Shown piece by piece: positions 30,270 through 39,110 of a stretch of DNA of 64,000 bases. The notes under the pieces were generated by a model. It was not told the DNA's origin, did no database searches, and was given only the letters and a program-made list of their open reading frames with translations. Origin of the DNA: Minisyncoccota bacterium (GTDB taxonomy: Bacteria; Patescibacteriota; Minisyncoccia; Phycocordibacterales; UBA2100); the NCBI GenBank assembly GCA_022842645.1, contig JALHPE010000001.1, positions 199,711-263,710 on the forward strand. Direction: 5' to 3'. The stretch's first letter is position 1; every line of letters starts with the position of its first letter. Both the position numbers and the translations under genes were made by a program.

Positions 30270-30671
30270 TTGATGCCCCACCAAAAACCGCTTGCCAACA
30301 AGTCACTTCTTCAGCATCGCATGAACGAAGAGGCGCGCGTTGGCTATGCACTTGCTCTTAAGTACGGAGCCCGTAAGACAGCTGCTCTGATACGTCTCGG
30401 TAGATTCGCGAGCTACGGCCCAGCGATTGCATGCGCCTGGCGGGAACTGGATATGGCAAAAACCGTTAGCGCACTTATCGAAATCGGTAATCCTGACTGG
30501 GCATTCTGTGCAATTCGGTACGCCCCGAATATAACCGCGGCGCAACGCCAATCCTTAATACCCGTTCTTTCCGAAGACTGCTTTAAGCGTGCAGAGTGGC
30601 AGCTCACACACATAATCCACCTTAGCGATGATGAGAAGAAAAATGTACAGTGGATTATTGACCAACGATAA
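30270..30671 (+). CDS. Hypothetical protein (part of the antisense insertion in the ribosomal cluster)
   Basis: 133-aa ORF with no motif, followed by a 10-bp-stem hairpin (30676-30705). Confidence 0.35.
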   Translation: MMPHQKPLANKSLLQHRMNEEARVGYALALKYGARKTAALIRLGRFASYGPAIACAWRELDMAKTVSALIEIGNPDWAFCAIRYAPNITAAQRQSLIPVLSEDCFKRAEWQLTHIIHLSDDEKKNVQWIIDQR

Positions 30672-30778
30672 AGATCCTCACCGGCGCAAGCTGGTGAGGA
30701 TCTGCTCTTAGTCAGAAATTGGGGTCAGGTACCATTTGGCTTATTGACAAAACTATACCAGAATATATATTTGAGTAT

Positions 30779-31069
30779 ATGACTACTACCACCGTACTTT
30801 TTAAGACTGATAAAAAGCTGAAGGCGCAGGCGCAGGCGACCGCAAAAAAGATGGGTATTCCCTTCTCCGCCGCGATGAATCGCCTCATGCAAGAATTCGT
30901 TGAGCGACAACACATTACGTTCGATACGAAACCGCTTATTCCAACGCCATATCTTGAGCGGATTCTTAAGCAGGGGGAGAAGAATTTGAAGGAAGGTAAG
31001 GTCAAACGATTTGATAGTGTTGATGCATTATTTGACGATCTTGAAGATAGAATTGCAAAAAAGAAATAG
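30779..31069 (+). CDS. Type II antitoxin, RelB/DinJ family (ribbon-helix-helix)
   Basis: MTTTTVLFKTDKKLKAQAQATAKKMGIPFSAAMNRLMQEFVERQHITFD is the typical DinJ/RelB N-terminus. 2-bp gap to the toxin gene. Confidence 0.7.
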   Translation: MTTTTVLFKTDKKLKAQAQATAKKMGIPFSAAMNRLMQEFVERQHITFDTKPLIPTPYLERILKQGEKNLKEGKVKRFDSVDALFDDLEDRIAKKK

Positions 31070-31071
31070 TC

Positions 31072-31335
31072 ATGGAAATTATTGAAGGACGTCCTTTTGC
31101 GAAACAGTTTGCAAAACTTCCTCAAAATCTCAGGATGAAGGTGCGTGAGCGGGTGCACATGCTTGTTGCGGATAGTACTCACCCGCTCCTCAATGACCAC
31201 AAGCTCAATCCTCCCTACGAGGGATACCGGAGCATCAATATCACCGGCGATTTTCGCCTTGTGTACAAGAAAATCAGTGACGATACCTATTACTTGCGGG
31301 CAGTTGGCACCCACCACGAGCTCTATAAATCCTAG
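31072..31335 (+). CDS. Type II toxin, RelE/YafQ/ParE-superfamily mRNA interferase
   Basis: 87 aa. C-terminal ...GYRSINITGDFRLVYKKISDDTYYLRAVGTHHELY matches the RelE/YafQ fold signature (R...GxxRLIY...L.vG.H.dlY). Confidence 0.7.
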   Translation: MEIIEGRPFAKQFAKLPQNLRMKVRERVHMLVADSTHPLLNDHKLNPPYEGYRSINITGDFRLVYKKISDDTYYLRAVGTHHELYKS

Positions 31336-31359
31336 ATTGAGCGGCAGCTCATTAAAAAA

Positions 31360-31379
31360 CCGCCTTGCGGCGGTTTTTT
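31360..31379. terminator. Bidirectional intrinsic terminator (ccgcc-ttgc-ggcgg flanked by A6/T6)
   Basis: Sits between the toxin stop and the rplE stop. Would terminate both the plus-strand TA transcript and minus-strand read-through from rplE. Confidence 0.6.
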
Positions 31380-31381
31380 CT

Positions 31382-31930
31382 TTATGCTTTGAGTGGGAGC
31401 CCGAGGTGGCGCAGAAACGCTTCTGCTTCCTTCTTGTTCTTTGCGGTTGTGGTGATCGTGACAGCAAGACCGAAAATATCTTTTGCTTCTTCGTCGGCGG
31501 TTTCAGGGAAAACCATGTGTTCCTTGAAGCCGAGTGTGATGTTTCCCATCTCATCAATAGCCTTCGGATCGATACCGCGGAAGTCGCGCACGCGTGGAAA
31601 GACGATGTTCACAAGCTTATCAAGAAAACTCTGCATACGTGCGCCGCGAAGCGTTACCTGGTAGCCAGAAAGGTCGCCACGACGAGTTTTGAAGTTTGCG
31701 ATGGATTTCGTTGTTGAACGAGGTGCCGGCTTCTGACCCGTGAGACGCGTAAGACGGTCATTGATGAGTTCGAGGCGCTTCTTGTCTTTTATGCTCCCAA
31801 CACCGGTTGAAACGATGATTTTCTGTACGCGTGGTGCCTGCATGGGGCTTGTATAGTTGAAATCCCCCTTAAGAGCAGCGAAGGTTCCTTTAAATTTTTC
31901 TGCAGAGGTAATGGTTTTCATATTATGCAA
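31382..31930 (-). CDS. rplE: 50S ribosomal protein L5
   Basis: ...PRVQKIIVSTGVG...ITLGFKEHMVFPE L5 signature. Confidence 0.9.
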   Translation of the reverse strand: MHNMKTITSAEKFKGTFAALKGDFNYTSPMQAPRVQKIIVSTGVGSIKDKKRLELINDRLTRLTGQKPAPRSTTKSIANFKTRRGDLSGYQVTLRGARMQSFLDKLVNIVFPRVRDFRGIDPKAIDEMGNITLGFKEHMVFPETADEEAKDIFGLAVTITTTAKNKKEAEAFLRHLGLPLKA

Positions 31931-32234
31931 TCTTTGACTTACTCTTCACCGCGATGCGCTCGCGGACGCCGTCTTTGGTACGTTCAATGCGGATGCGAGT
32001 GGGCTTGCCATCTTTTGGATCAGCAAGAGCGACGTTCGAAACGTGGATCGGCATCACCTTGTCGATGATCTGACCCTTTCGCGCGCGCTTATTGGGCTTG
32101 CGATGTTTTTTCACAGTGTTGAGACCATCGATAACCACCATTTCTTTTTTAGGAAGCACGCGCGCGACAGTACCAGAGCTGCCCTTGCTCTTCCCTGCGA
32201 TAACTATGACTTTGTCTCCTTTCTTGATTTTCAT
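31923..32234 (-). CDS. rplX: 50S ribosomal protein L24
   Basis: MKIKKGDKVIVIAGKSKGSSGTV (KOW motif). Confidence 0.88.
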   Translation of the reverse strand: MKIKKGDKVIVIAGKSKGSSGTVARVLPKKEMVVIDGLNTVKKHRKPNKRARKGQIIDKVMPIHVSNVALADPKDGKPTRIRIERTKDGVRERIAVKSKSKIA

Positions 32235-32239
32235 ATGCG

Positions 32240-32620
32240 TTACACGATTTCTGGAGCAAGCGTACCAATGCGCTGGTAGCCAGCTTCCACAACTTCGCGT
32301 GGAATAGGACCGAAGATGCGCGATGCTTTTGGTTCTTTTGGTTCTTTGCCGGAGCCGGTGACGAGGACTACTGCGTTTTCATCAAAGCGGACATAGCTGC
32401 CATCCTTGCGGCGGAGCGGCTTAGTTTGGCGAACGACGACCGCCTTGTGCACCTCCTTCTTTTTTACAGCCTTTCGCGGCTGCGCTGTCTGAATTGAAAT
32501 GACCACCTCGTCGCCTACCTGCGCATAGCGCTTCTTTGAGCCGCCAAGCACTTTGAAAACGCGCCCCATGGTTGCGCCGGAGTTGTCTGCAATCTTTACG
32601 AGCGTGCGGTCTTGAATCAT
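32240..32620 (-). CDS. rplN: 50S ribosomal protein L14
   Basis: MIQDRTLVKIADNSGA... start is internal to the listed longer ORF. Confidence 0.88.
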   Translation of the reverse strand: MIQDRTLVKIADNSGATMGRVFKVLGGSKKRYAQVGDEVVISIQTAQPRKAVKKKEVHKAVVVRQTKPLRRKDGSYVRFDENAVVLVTGSGKEPKEPKASRIFGPIPREVVEAGYQRIGTLAPEIV

Positions 32621-32624
32621 AGAA

Positions 32625-32888
32625 TTATTCTGTCTTCGCGGAAACGAGGATGGATGCGAGCGTAAAGTGCTTACGCTTTGAAAGCGGACGGATCTCACGG
32701 ATTGAGACCTTGTCCCCCACCTTTGCAGTATTGCCCGCATCGTGGACGAGGAACTTCTTAGACTTCTTTATGAACTTCTGGTATTTCGGGTGTTTTTCAA
32801 AGCGCTCAACGGAAACCGTGCAGGTGTCCTTCATAGCCGCCTTCACGACGGTGCCTTCGAGTGTTTTGCCTGTGGTTGTGGTTTCCAT
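32625..32888 (-). CDS. rpsQ: 30S ribosomal protein S17
   Basis: GKTLEGTVVKAAMKDTCTVSVERFEKHPKYQKF. Confidence 0.88.
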   Translation of the reverse strand: METTTTGKTLEGTVVKAAMKDTCTVSVERFEKHPKYQKFIKKSKKFLVHDAGNTAKVGDKVSIREIRPLSKRKHFTLASILVSAKTE

Positions 32889-32908
32889 AAGTCTAAAGAG
32901 TGCGCATC

Positions 32909-33112
32909 CTAGCCGTTTTTCTTGTTTTCCGCAATGGCGCGCGCTGAGAGCTCTGTTTCCATGCGCGCAATGTCGCGACGAAGCGTGCGACCAGAGCGAA
33001 CATTTCTCGTGCGGGAACCTGCCTCGCCAAAGCGGAATTTGCGAAGTGCTTCACGCTTTTCAGCGATTTCCTTCTGCAAGTCTTCAATGGTGTGTTTCTT
33101 GAATTCAGTCAT
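32909..33112 (-). CDS. rpmC: 50S ribosomal protein L29
   Basis: 67-aa helical protein EDLQKEIAEKREALRKFRF. Confidence 0.85.
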   Translation of the reverse strand: MTEFKKHTIEDLQKEIAEKREALRKFRFGEAGSRTRNVRSGRTLRRDIARMETELSARAIAENKKNG

Positions 33113-33114
33113 AG

Positions 33115-33537
33115 TTAATTTCGTGCGACGACGCGGGTCTTAACGGGAAGCTTGGTACCACCTTTGCGAAGCGCTTCTCGCGCCATAGCTTCAGGAGCCC
33201 CATCAACTTCAAAAAGAATGCGACCTGGGCGAACCTCAATAACGTAGCCCTGAAGATCTCCCTTTCCTGAACCCATACCTACTTCCGCAGCCTTCTGTGT
33301 GAATGGTCGATCAGGAAATACGCGAATCCAGACCTTTGCGGTCTTCCCTGCAGCGCGCGTAAGTGCACGACGTGCGGCTTCGAGCTGATTTGAGGTAATG
33401 CGTGCAGGCGTCATGGCCTTAAGCCCATGAGAGCCAAAGGCAACGGTGATACCGCGCGTCTCCGGCTTTGCGAGGCGTGCCGGGCTTTTGCGCCCCGTCT
33501 GCCATTTGCGATGAAGTGATTTCTTAGGTGCGAGCAT
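33115..33537 (-). CDS. rplP: 50S ribosomal protein L16
   Basis: MLAPKKSLHRKWQTGRK...AFGSHGLKA L16 signature. Confidence 0.9.
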   Translation of the reverse strand: MLAPKKSLHRKWQTGRKSPARLAKPETRGITVAFGSHGLKAMTPARITSNQLEAARRALTRAAGKTAKVWIRVFPDRPFTQKAAEVGMGSGKGDLQGYVIEVRPGRILFEVDGAPEAMAREALRKGGTKLPVKTRVVARN

Positions 33538-33542
33538 ATGTC

Positions 33543-34214
33543 TTATTTGTTCTTCTTCTCATCGAAAATTTCACCGCGATAGATCCACACCTTCACGCCA
33601 ATCACACCATATGGAAGATACGCATTTTCACGAGCGAAGTCGATGTCAGCACGGATTGTCTGGAGTGGAACACGGCCACGCTTGATTTCCTCTTGGCGTG
33701 ACATTTCGGCTCCTCCGAGACGACCCGAGACACCGATACGAACGCCCTGCACGTCGCGGTTTGCCATCACCTTCTCAACTGTCTGCTTGAGAACACGGCG
33801 GAATGTCTGACGCTTCTCGAGACCCTCAGCAATCATGTACGCAACCACTGGTGCCTGGGATTCTGGTGAGCGCACTTCCTCGATATCAAGCTTGATAGGA
33901 AGCTTTGGCGCACCTTTCACAGTGTGAGCAACCTTGGTGATTTCTTTGATGAGCTTCTGTGAGCCTTCACCCGCACGGCCAATAACCATACCTGGACGCG
34001 AGGTTTTGACGAGAATGCGAATCGCCTGACGTGTGCGCTCAATCTCAACCGAGGTGACATACATACCGCGGAGGCGCTTCTTCAAAAATCGACGGATCGT
34101 GGTGTCTATCATCACGTTGTCGCGATACTGCTTCGGAGTTGTTGCAAACCAACGCGACTTCCAGTCGCGGATGACGCCGAGGCGATGTGCGTATGGATGT
34201 ACTGTGTGTGTCAT
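33543..34214 (-). CDS. rpsC: 30S ribosomal protein S3
   Basis: MTHTVHPYAHRLGVIRDWKSRWFA... KH domain. Start is internal to the listed ORF. Confidence 0.88.
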   Translation of the reverse strand: MTHTVHPYAHRLGVIRDWKSRWFATTPKQYRDNVMIDTTIRRFLKKRLRGMYVTSVEIERTRQAIRILVKTSRPGMVIGRAGEGSQKLIKEITKVAHTVKGAPKLPIKLDIEEVRSPESQAPVVAYMIAEGLEKRQTFRRVLKQTVEKVMANRDVQGVRIGVSGRLGGAEMSRQEEIKRGRVPLQTIRADIDFARENAYLPYGVIGVKVWIYRGEIFDEKKNK

Positions 34215-34218
34215 AAAA

Positions 34219-34653
34219 TTATGGGGTTTTTTTCTTTGCGACGCGCTTCTTTTTTGCGACCGGCTTTTCTGTTTCGGTAGTTGCCGCCTCAGGAGCTGCG
34301 ACCTTATGTGCAGAAGTCTTCTTCGATTCACCTCGTGCACCGAGCTCGATACGGACGATCGACATAGTGCGGTTGATGCGACCCGCGCGACCACGCGCTT
34401 TCGGCATAAAGCGGCGAAGGACCAATCCCTTATCAACACTAATCGTCTTCACGACGAGATTCTCCGCAGCAAAACCCTGCTCGCGCGCGTTTGCAACAGC
34501 CGACGCAAGAAGTTTTGCGATTTCAGGTGCAGACTTTTTCGGGAGAAATGCGAGCTGATCACGCGCAAAGACAACGCTCTTACCGCGAATCATATCGGCT
34601 ACAAGGCGAACCTTGCGTGGTGACTGTTTGAAATTAGAGAGCATTGCTTTCAT
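34219..34653 (-). CDS. rplV: 50S ribosomal protein L22 (Lys-rich C-terminal extension)
   Basis: SPRKVRLVADMIRGKSV... Confidence 0.85.
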   Translation of the reverse strand: MKAMLSNFKQSPRKVRLVADMIRGKSVVFARDQLAFLPKKSAPEIAKLLASAVANAREQGFAAENLVVKTISVDKGLVLRRFMPKARGRAGRINRTMSIVRIELGARGESKKTSAHKVAAPEAATTETEKPVAKKKRVAKKKTP

Positions 34654-34656
34654 ATA

Positions 34657-34998
34657 CTATTTCTTCTTGGCATCCGCTGCACCCTTTGCGGCTTGCGCAG
34701 TCGCGATTTCAGCAGCCTTTGCCTTCTGCTCGATCTCCTTCTGCATCTTACCGCCGTGACGGCCGAAGCGGGTTGTAGGAGCGAATTCGCCCAAACGGTG
34801 CCCCACCATGTCCTCGGTCACAAACACGTCGTCAAAATTCTTACCTGTATGGACAGCGAATGTGTAGCCCACGAACTCCGGCGCAATCATTGATGCGCGT
34901 GCCCAGGTTTTGATGCTTCCTGCATTCGCTTTACGCGCCGCAACTTTCTTTGCGAGCTTTACGTCGATGTAGGGACCTTTTTTAAGTGAGCGTGTCAT
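34657..34998 (-). CDS. rpsS: 30S ribosomal protein S19
   Basis: [15 protein letters not shown]...HTGKNF...[13 protein letters not shown]. Confidence 0.9.
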   Translation of the reverse strand: MTRSLKKGPYIDVKLAKKVAARKANAGSIKTWARASMIAPEFVGYTFAVHTGKNFDDVFVTEDMVGHRLGEFAPTTRFGRHGGKMQKEIEQKAKAAEIATAQAAKGAADAKKK

Positions 34999-35053
34999 AG
35001 GTGTAGCGGGGGTACTGTAGCTGAATTATGGCTTAACGTCAAGAAAATTAAGA

Positions 35054-35902
35054 TTATTTTCTCTTGCCAACACGGCGGCGGGAGACCAAAAATACGTTTG
35101 AATACTTCTTCGGGCGACGCGTCTTCTGGCCTTTGCCCGATGGACGACCCCACAGAGTCTTCGCACGACGAAGACCACGGCCCTGCTTACCCTCACCTCC
35201 ACCGTGTGGGTGGTCAACTGGGTTCATCGCGGTGCCACGCACGCGCGGACGAATACCCTTCCAGCGCGAGCGCCCTGCTTTACCAAAATTCACGAGATGA
35301 TGTTCGTCGTTTGACGCTTCACCAACGGATGCCCAAGCAGTACCGAGGACTTTACGCACTTCTGTCGAAGGCATTTTGAGATGGGTGTAGCCGCCGTCCT
35401 GTGCAACAATTTCTGCGTAGTTGCCTGCGGAGCGCGCAATCTTGCCGCCGCCATTTGGCTTGACTTCGATGTTGTACACGAAGGTGCCGACCGGCATGTT
35501 CTTGAGTGGAAGACGGTTGCCACGGGTGACCGGAACGTTTTCACCAACGAGGAAGGAGTCTCCCACCTGCACGTTCTTCGGCACGATGATGTAGCGCTTT
35601 GCGCCATCAGCGTAGACCGCAAGACCAATGAAGGCAGAGCGGTTTGGGTCGTATTCAACTGAGGTTATTTTTGCAGGAATGTCTTTCTTGTCGAAATTGA
35701 AATCAACAGCGCGCCAGAGTTGTTTGTGACCGCCACCACGGTGACGCATGGTGATGCGCCCCTGATTGTTGCGTCCAAACCCGCGCTTTCCGCCACCTTT
35801 AAGTGCTTTATGTGGCGCATGCCCTGAGAGCACCGCACGATAGTGGATGCGAGTCATTGCACGAGAGCTTTTGGTTACCGGACGATATTTTTTAAGTGCC
35901 AT
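35054..35902 (-). CDS. rplB: 50S ribosomal protein L2
   Basis: 282 aa. ...MNPVDHPHGGGEGK signature. Confidence 0.92.
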   Translation of the reverse strand: MALKKYRPVTKSSRAMTRIHYRAVLSGHAPHKALKGGGKRGFGRNNQGRITMRHRGGGHKQLWRAVDFNFDKKDIPAKITSVEYDPNRSAFIGLAVYADGAKRYIIVPKNVQVGDSFLVGENVPVTRGNRLPLKNMPVGTFVYNIEVKPNGGGKIARSAGNYAEIVAQDGGYTHLKMPSTEVRKVLGTAWASVGEASNDEHHLVNFGKAGRSRWKGIRPRVRGTAMNPVDHPHGGGEGKQGRGLRRAKTLWGRPSGKGQKTRRPKKYSNVFLVSRRRVGKRK

Positions 35903-35913
35903 AGAGTTTAAAG

Positions 35914-36267
35914 TTAGGAAAGAGTGATTGTTTCGCCTTTCTTGAGGTACACATAGGCCTTTTTGCCCCCCTGCTTCACGCCACGCTTGCCGCTTTTCAT
36001 GTTGCGTACGATCTTCGGACGAATATTCACAATGCGGACAGCGCGTGGTGTGACGTTGTATACAGCTTTCACCGCAGAGGCGATTTGTTTCTTGTTTGAC
36101 GACGTGGCAACGTCGAACACATATGTGCTCACACCAGCTGCGAAGGTTGCCTTCTCAGTGATGCGCGGTTTCAAAAGTACGTGCGAGAGATTTGTAGCAC
36201 GCGCCGGAGCACTAACGGAAACCGCTTTTTCTTGTGTCTTCTTCTGTGTGCGTGAAAAGAGTGCCAT
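35914..36267 (-). CDS. rplW: 50S ribosomal protein L23
   Basis: LLKPRITEKATFAA...YVFDV L23 core. Heptad CCTANNA array directly upstream. Confidence 0.85.
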   Translation of the reverse strand: MALFSRTQKKTQEKAVSVSAPARATNLSHVLLKPRITEKATFAAGVSTYVFDVATSSNKKQIASAVKAVYNVTPRAVRIVNIRPKIVRNMKSGKRGVKQGGKKAYVYLKKGETITLS

Positions 36268-36271
36268 AAAA

Positions 36272-36298
36272 TAGGTGCTAGGGGCTAGGTTTTAGGGG
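36272..36298. repeat. Heptad-repeat array family A directly upstream of rplW ATG (overlaps rplD 3' end)
   Basis: Minus strand reads cccctaaaacctagcccctagcacct-atttt-ATG. Confidence 0.55.
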
Positions 36299-36974
36299 AA
36301 TTTTTAACACCTTGAGGAGCGCGTGTCGCGAGGATCGCAACTGCTGCTTCGGGGTTTTCGATAACGAGGAAGGTGTGCTTGAGGATAGCAACAGGATTCA
36401 AATCGCGGACAGCGCTTGAAGAGATGTTGCTGATGTTGCGGAAGCTTTTTGTAGTAGAAGACTTTGCGTCCGCAAATGCAACGAGAGCAGCGTTCTTCTT
36501 TTTTGCTGAAAGCTTCTCGAAATCGCCCTTTGAGAGCGCAACCAAAGACTTTTTTGCAGACGACGTAGATGGCTGCTTTTCAATGCCGAAAGAATCCACG
36601 AAGATAATGTGACCGTCCTTCATTTTCTGCGAAAGCGCCATAAAGAGTGCCTTAGCGCGCATCTTTGCAGGAATGGTACGAGCAAAGACCTTTTCATTAC
36701 GCGGACCATGTGTCACACCACCACCCTTCCAGATTGGGGAGCGTGATGAACCGTGACGAGCGCGGCCAGTGCCCTTCTGCTTCCATGGCTTCCTGCCGCC
36801 GCCGCGCACTTCACCGCGACCCTTTGTGTGCGCGACATTTGTGCGTGCATTGTCCTGCATTGAGGTGACCACCTGGTGCATGAGGGATTCGTTCCACGCG
36901 AGGCCGAAGATGTTCTCCGGGAGTTCGAGCGAACCTGCCTTCTTGCCTTGTGCGTTGTAGATATCAGTTTTCAT
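36285..36974 (-). CDS. rplD: 50S ribosomal protein L4
   Basis: MKTDIYNAQGKKAGSLELPENIF... Start is internal to the listed ORF. Confidence 0.85.
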   Translation of the reverse strand: MKTDIYNAQGKKAGSLELPENIFGLAWNESLMHQVVTSMQDNARTNVAHTKGRGEVRGGGRKPWKQKGTGRARHGSSRSPIWKGGGVTHGPRNEKVFARTIPAKMRAKALFMALSQKMKDGHIIFVDSFGIEKQPSTSSAKKSLVALSKGDFEKLSAKKKNAALVAFADAKSSTTKSFRNISNISSSAVRDLNPVAILKHTFLVIENPEAAVAILATRAPQGVKNSPKT

Positions 36975-36984
36975 ACTATAAAAA

Positions 36985-37593
36985 TTAGCCACGAATCTCG
37001 ACAAGTGTGCCTGGCTTTCCTGGAATAGCACCTAGGATAAACAAGGTGTTGGTCGCAGCGTCGATCTTCATCACCTTCAAGTTTTTGACTGTGATGCGAT
37101 CGCCACCCATACGTCCTGCCATGCGCATGCCCGGAACGACACGACCGCCTGCACGACCGCCGCCGCCGATAGAACCTGGTGCGCGCTCTTTATTCTTCTG
37201 ACCGTGCGATCGAGGACCGCCTTTGAAGCCATGTCGCTTAACCACGCCCTGGAAGCCCTTACCCTTTGAAACAGCAGAAACTACGACGACATCGCCTTCT
37301 GCAAAGCTTCCGAGATCAATCGTTGCGCCGCGCTCCATGGTTTCAGAAGTGCGCACTTCGCGGATATGGCGAGAAAGAGGTAGATCCTTTAGGTGTCCTT
37401 TCACTGCTTTTGAAAGGCGGCTTTCGCGGCGGATGCCTGTCCCGAGCTGGAGCGCCTCATACCCGTCCTTTTCAGTGGTTTTCGCTTGAGTGACGGTCAT
37501 TGGCGTTGCAGTCACGATGGTCACCGGGGAGACGGTGCCTTTTTCATCAAATATCTGGGTCATACGACCTTTGATACCGAGTATGAATTTCAT
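36985..37593 (-). CDS. rplC: 50S ribosomal protein L3
   Basis: MKFILGIKGRMTQIFDEKG...FKGGPRSHGQKN. Start is internal to the listed ORF. Confidence 0.88.
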   Translation of the reverse strand: MKFILGIKGRMTQIFDEKGTVSPVTIVTATPMTVTQAKTTEKDGYEALQLGTGIRRESRLSKAVKGHLKDLPLSRHIREVRTSETMERGATIDLGSFAEGDVVVVSAVSKGKGFQGVVKRHGFKGGPRSHGQKNKERAPGSIGGGGRAGGRVVPGMRMAGRMGGDRITVKNLKVMKIDAATNTLFILGAIPGKPGTLVEIRG

Positions 37594-37605
37594 AATTGTA
37601 GAATG

Positions 37606-37627
37606 AAAAAACCGCGCACTAGCGCGG
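37606..37627 (-). terminator. Intrinsic terminator-like hairpin (ccgcgc-acta-gcgcgg + T6) 13 nt upstream of rplC start
   Basis: Perfect 6-bp GC stem with flanking A/T runs. Between inserted ORF 37724..38143 and rplC. Confidence 0.55.
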
Positions 37628-37723
37628 AAAAATGATGATTCCGAGCCAGTGGTCCGATATGCGGACATGGGTGCTCCTTTAGGAGTCCCGGCACTATACA
37701 CGAGACTCTTCGGGTATGCAAAT

Positions 37724-38143
37724 TTAGGACACTATTTTATCTGGCGACCCACCCTCACGGCGCTTTTTGCGCTGGATTGCGAGGAATAGCCATACGCCAA
37801 TGAGGACGATAAAGAATGCGCCGATGGCGAGCGAGAGAGCGTTGTATGGCACGCTTTCGAGCACTTCATACACAGGCGCCTCGAATGGAACGTCATCAAA
37901 GCTATTTTGTGCCTCAAGATATTCGCCCGCCACGCCCTGATCTTCCGCTTGCGCGGCAAGCGCTTCCACCAAAGCGTCGAGCTCTGTCGGCGACATCTCT
38001 ACCGAACGCGGATCCGCCATGATGTCAGCGCGAATAGCCGCACGCAGGGCGTCTTCCTCCTGTGCCAGTGAAGAAAATGGCACAAAAAACGGCAGCATCG
38101 TTATAACAGCAAGAATGAGTGCCCACCTTCGAGCAAGAGTCAT
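37724..38143 (-). CDS. Hypothetical secreted/membrane-anchored acidic protein inserted between rpsJ and rplC
   Basis: 139 aa. N-terminal signal peptide (LILAVITMLPFFVPFSSLA), acidic middle, C-terminal TM helix + KKRREG stop-transfer. Confidence 0.45.
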   Translation of the reverse strand: MTLARRWALILAVITMLPFFVPFSSLAQEEDALRAAIRADIMADPRSVEMSPTELDALVEALAAQAEDQGVAGEYLEAQNSFDDVPFEAPVYEVLESVPYNALSLAIGAFFIVLIGVWLFLAIQRKKRREGGSPDKIVS

Positions 38144-38203
38144 ACAAAATAGTATAGCTCCCTTGCAGGAGCTATATAAGAACTATCCCCACCGATCACG
38201 TAC

Positions 38204-38236
38204 TTTCTCGAATCCCACAAAGTGGGATTCGAGAAA
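38204..38236. promoter_or_regulatory. Perfect 15-bp-stem hairpin tttctcgaatcccac-aaa-gtgggattcgagaaa immediately after the rpsJ stop. A second hairpin (tatagctcc-ttgca-ggagctata) lies at 38154-38176.
   Basis: Read directly from sequence. Not followed by a clean T-run, so more likely a regulatory/processing structure than a simple terminator. Confidence 0.4.
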
Positions 38237-38596
38237 TTACATCATCTTCACGTCGATCGAAACGCCGGATGGCAAATCAATGTTGGTGAGCGCCTCAATC
38301 ACTTTCCCTTCTGGATTGATGATGTCGATCATGCGCTTGTGCACACGCATCTCAAACTGCTCGCGAGAGTCTTTGTCGATGAAGGCACCGCGGTTCACCG
38401 TGTATTTCTTGATATCAATAGGAAGTGGGACAGGACCAACCACCTTTGCGCTATAGCGAGCGGCGGTGTCGATGATTTGCTTCACCGACTTGTCCAAAAC
38501 AGCGTGCTCATAGGCGCGCACCTTAATGCGCAGGCGGTGTTCGCCCTCGCTTTTCTTGCCCTTTCGAGCTTTGCCTGCCGCTTTGGTTACTGTCAT
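38237..38596 (-). CDS. rpsJ: 30S ribosomal protein S10
   Basis: RLRIKVRAYEHAVLDKSVKQIIDTAARYSAKVVGPVPLP. Start MTVTKAAGK is internal to the listed ORF. Confidence 0.88.
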   Translation of the reverse strand: MTVTKAAGKARKGKKSEGEHRLRIKVRAYEHAVLDKSVKQIIDTAARYSAKVVGPVPLPIDIKKYTVNRGAFIDKDSREQFEMRVHKRMIDIINPEGKVIEALTNIDLPSGVSIDVKMM

Positions 38597-38674
38597 AGAA
38601 CTTGGCGAGTATGCCCTATTCCGAGCGAAAACGCAAGATTTTGTTTCAAACGCTCTCACAATATCCCCCGGTCA

Positions 38675-39067
38675 TCACCCTCTCTTTTTGTGAAGCATCG
38701 CATTCACCTTTTCCACAATTTCCGATGGAATAAACTCTGCCTTGATGATGTGGGCGTCTGCGCCGAGCTCCAGAAGGCGTTTATGGGCGGCTTCGCGCCC
38801 CTCGTTCGTGAGGGCAATCTTGAGCGCATGTCTTGCTAAACGCTCTTCATTGACGGTTTCGATGAACTGAAAACCACTGTCGCTCTCTGGCATGGTGACG
38901 TCAAAAAGAATAACGTCGGGTTCGTAGCCGCCGCGGAGTGCGTTTAGTGCATCCCAGGCGCTGCCATAGAGCACAACATCGTAGCCACGCTTCTCAAACG
39001 AAATCTTATAGATCTCCAAAAGAAATCGCTCATCGTCGAGCATTAAGACTGTGGGTTTTTGTTCCAT
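38675..39067 (-). CDS. Single-domain response regulator (CheY-like receiver)
   Basis: MEQKPTVLMLDDERFLLEIY...DVILFDVTMPESDSG...KIALTN: phospho-acceptor Asp and conserved Lys pattern. No output domain. Confidence 0.7.
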   Translation of the reverse strand: MEQKPTVLMLDDERFLLEIYKISFEKRGYDVVLYGSAWDALNALRGGYEPDVILFDVTMPESDSGFQFIETVNEERLARHALKIALTNEGREAAHKRLLELGADAHIIKAEFIPSEIVEKVNAMLHKKRG

Positions 39068-39110
39068 AACACTACGTATTATAAATCCCACGGCGACACT
39101 CGGCATCCTG

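Noticed and set aside
30712-31557. 281-aa minus-strand ORF overlapping the TA module
   Set aside because: It overlaps two well-supported plus-strand genes (RHH antitoxin and RelE-like toxin) and a bidirectional terminator, and has no motif. Treated as an antisense artefact.
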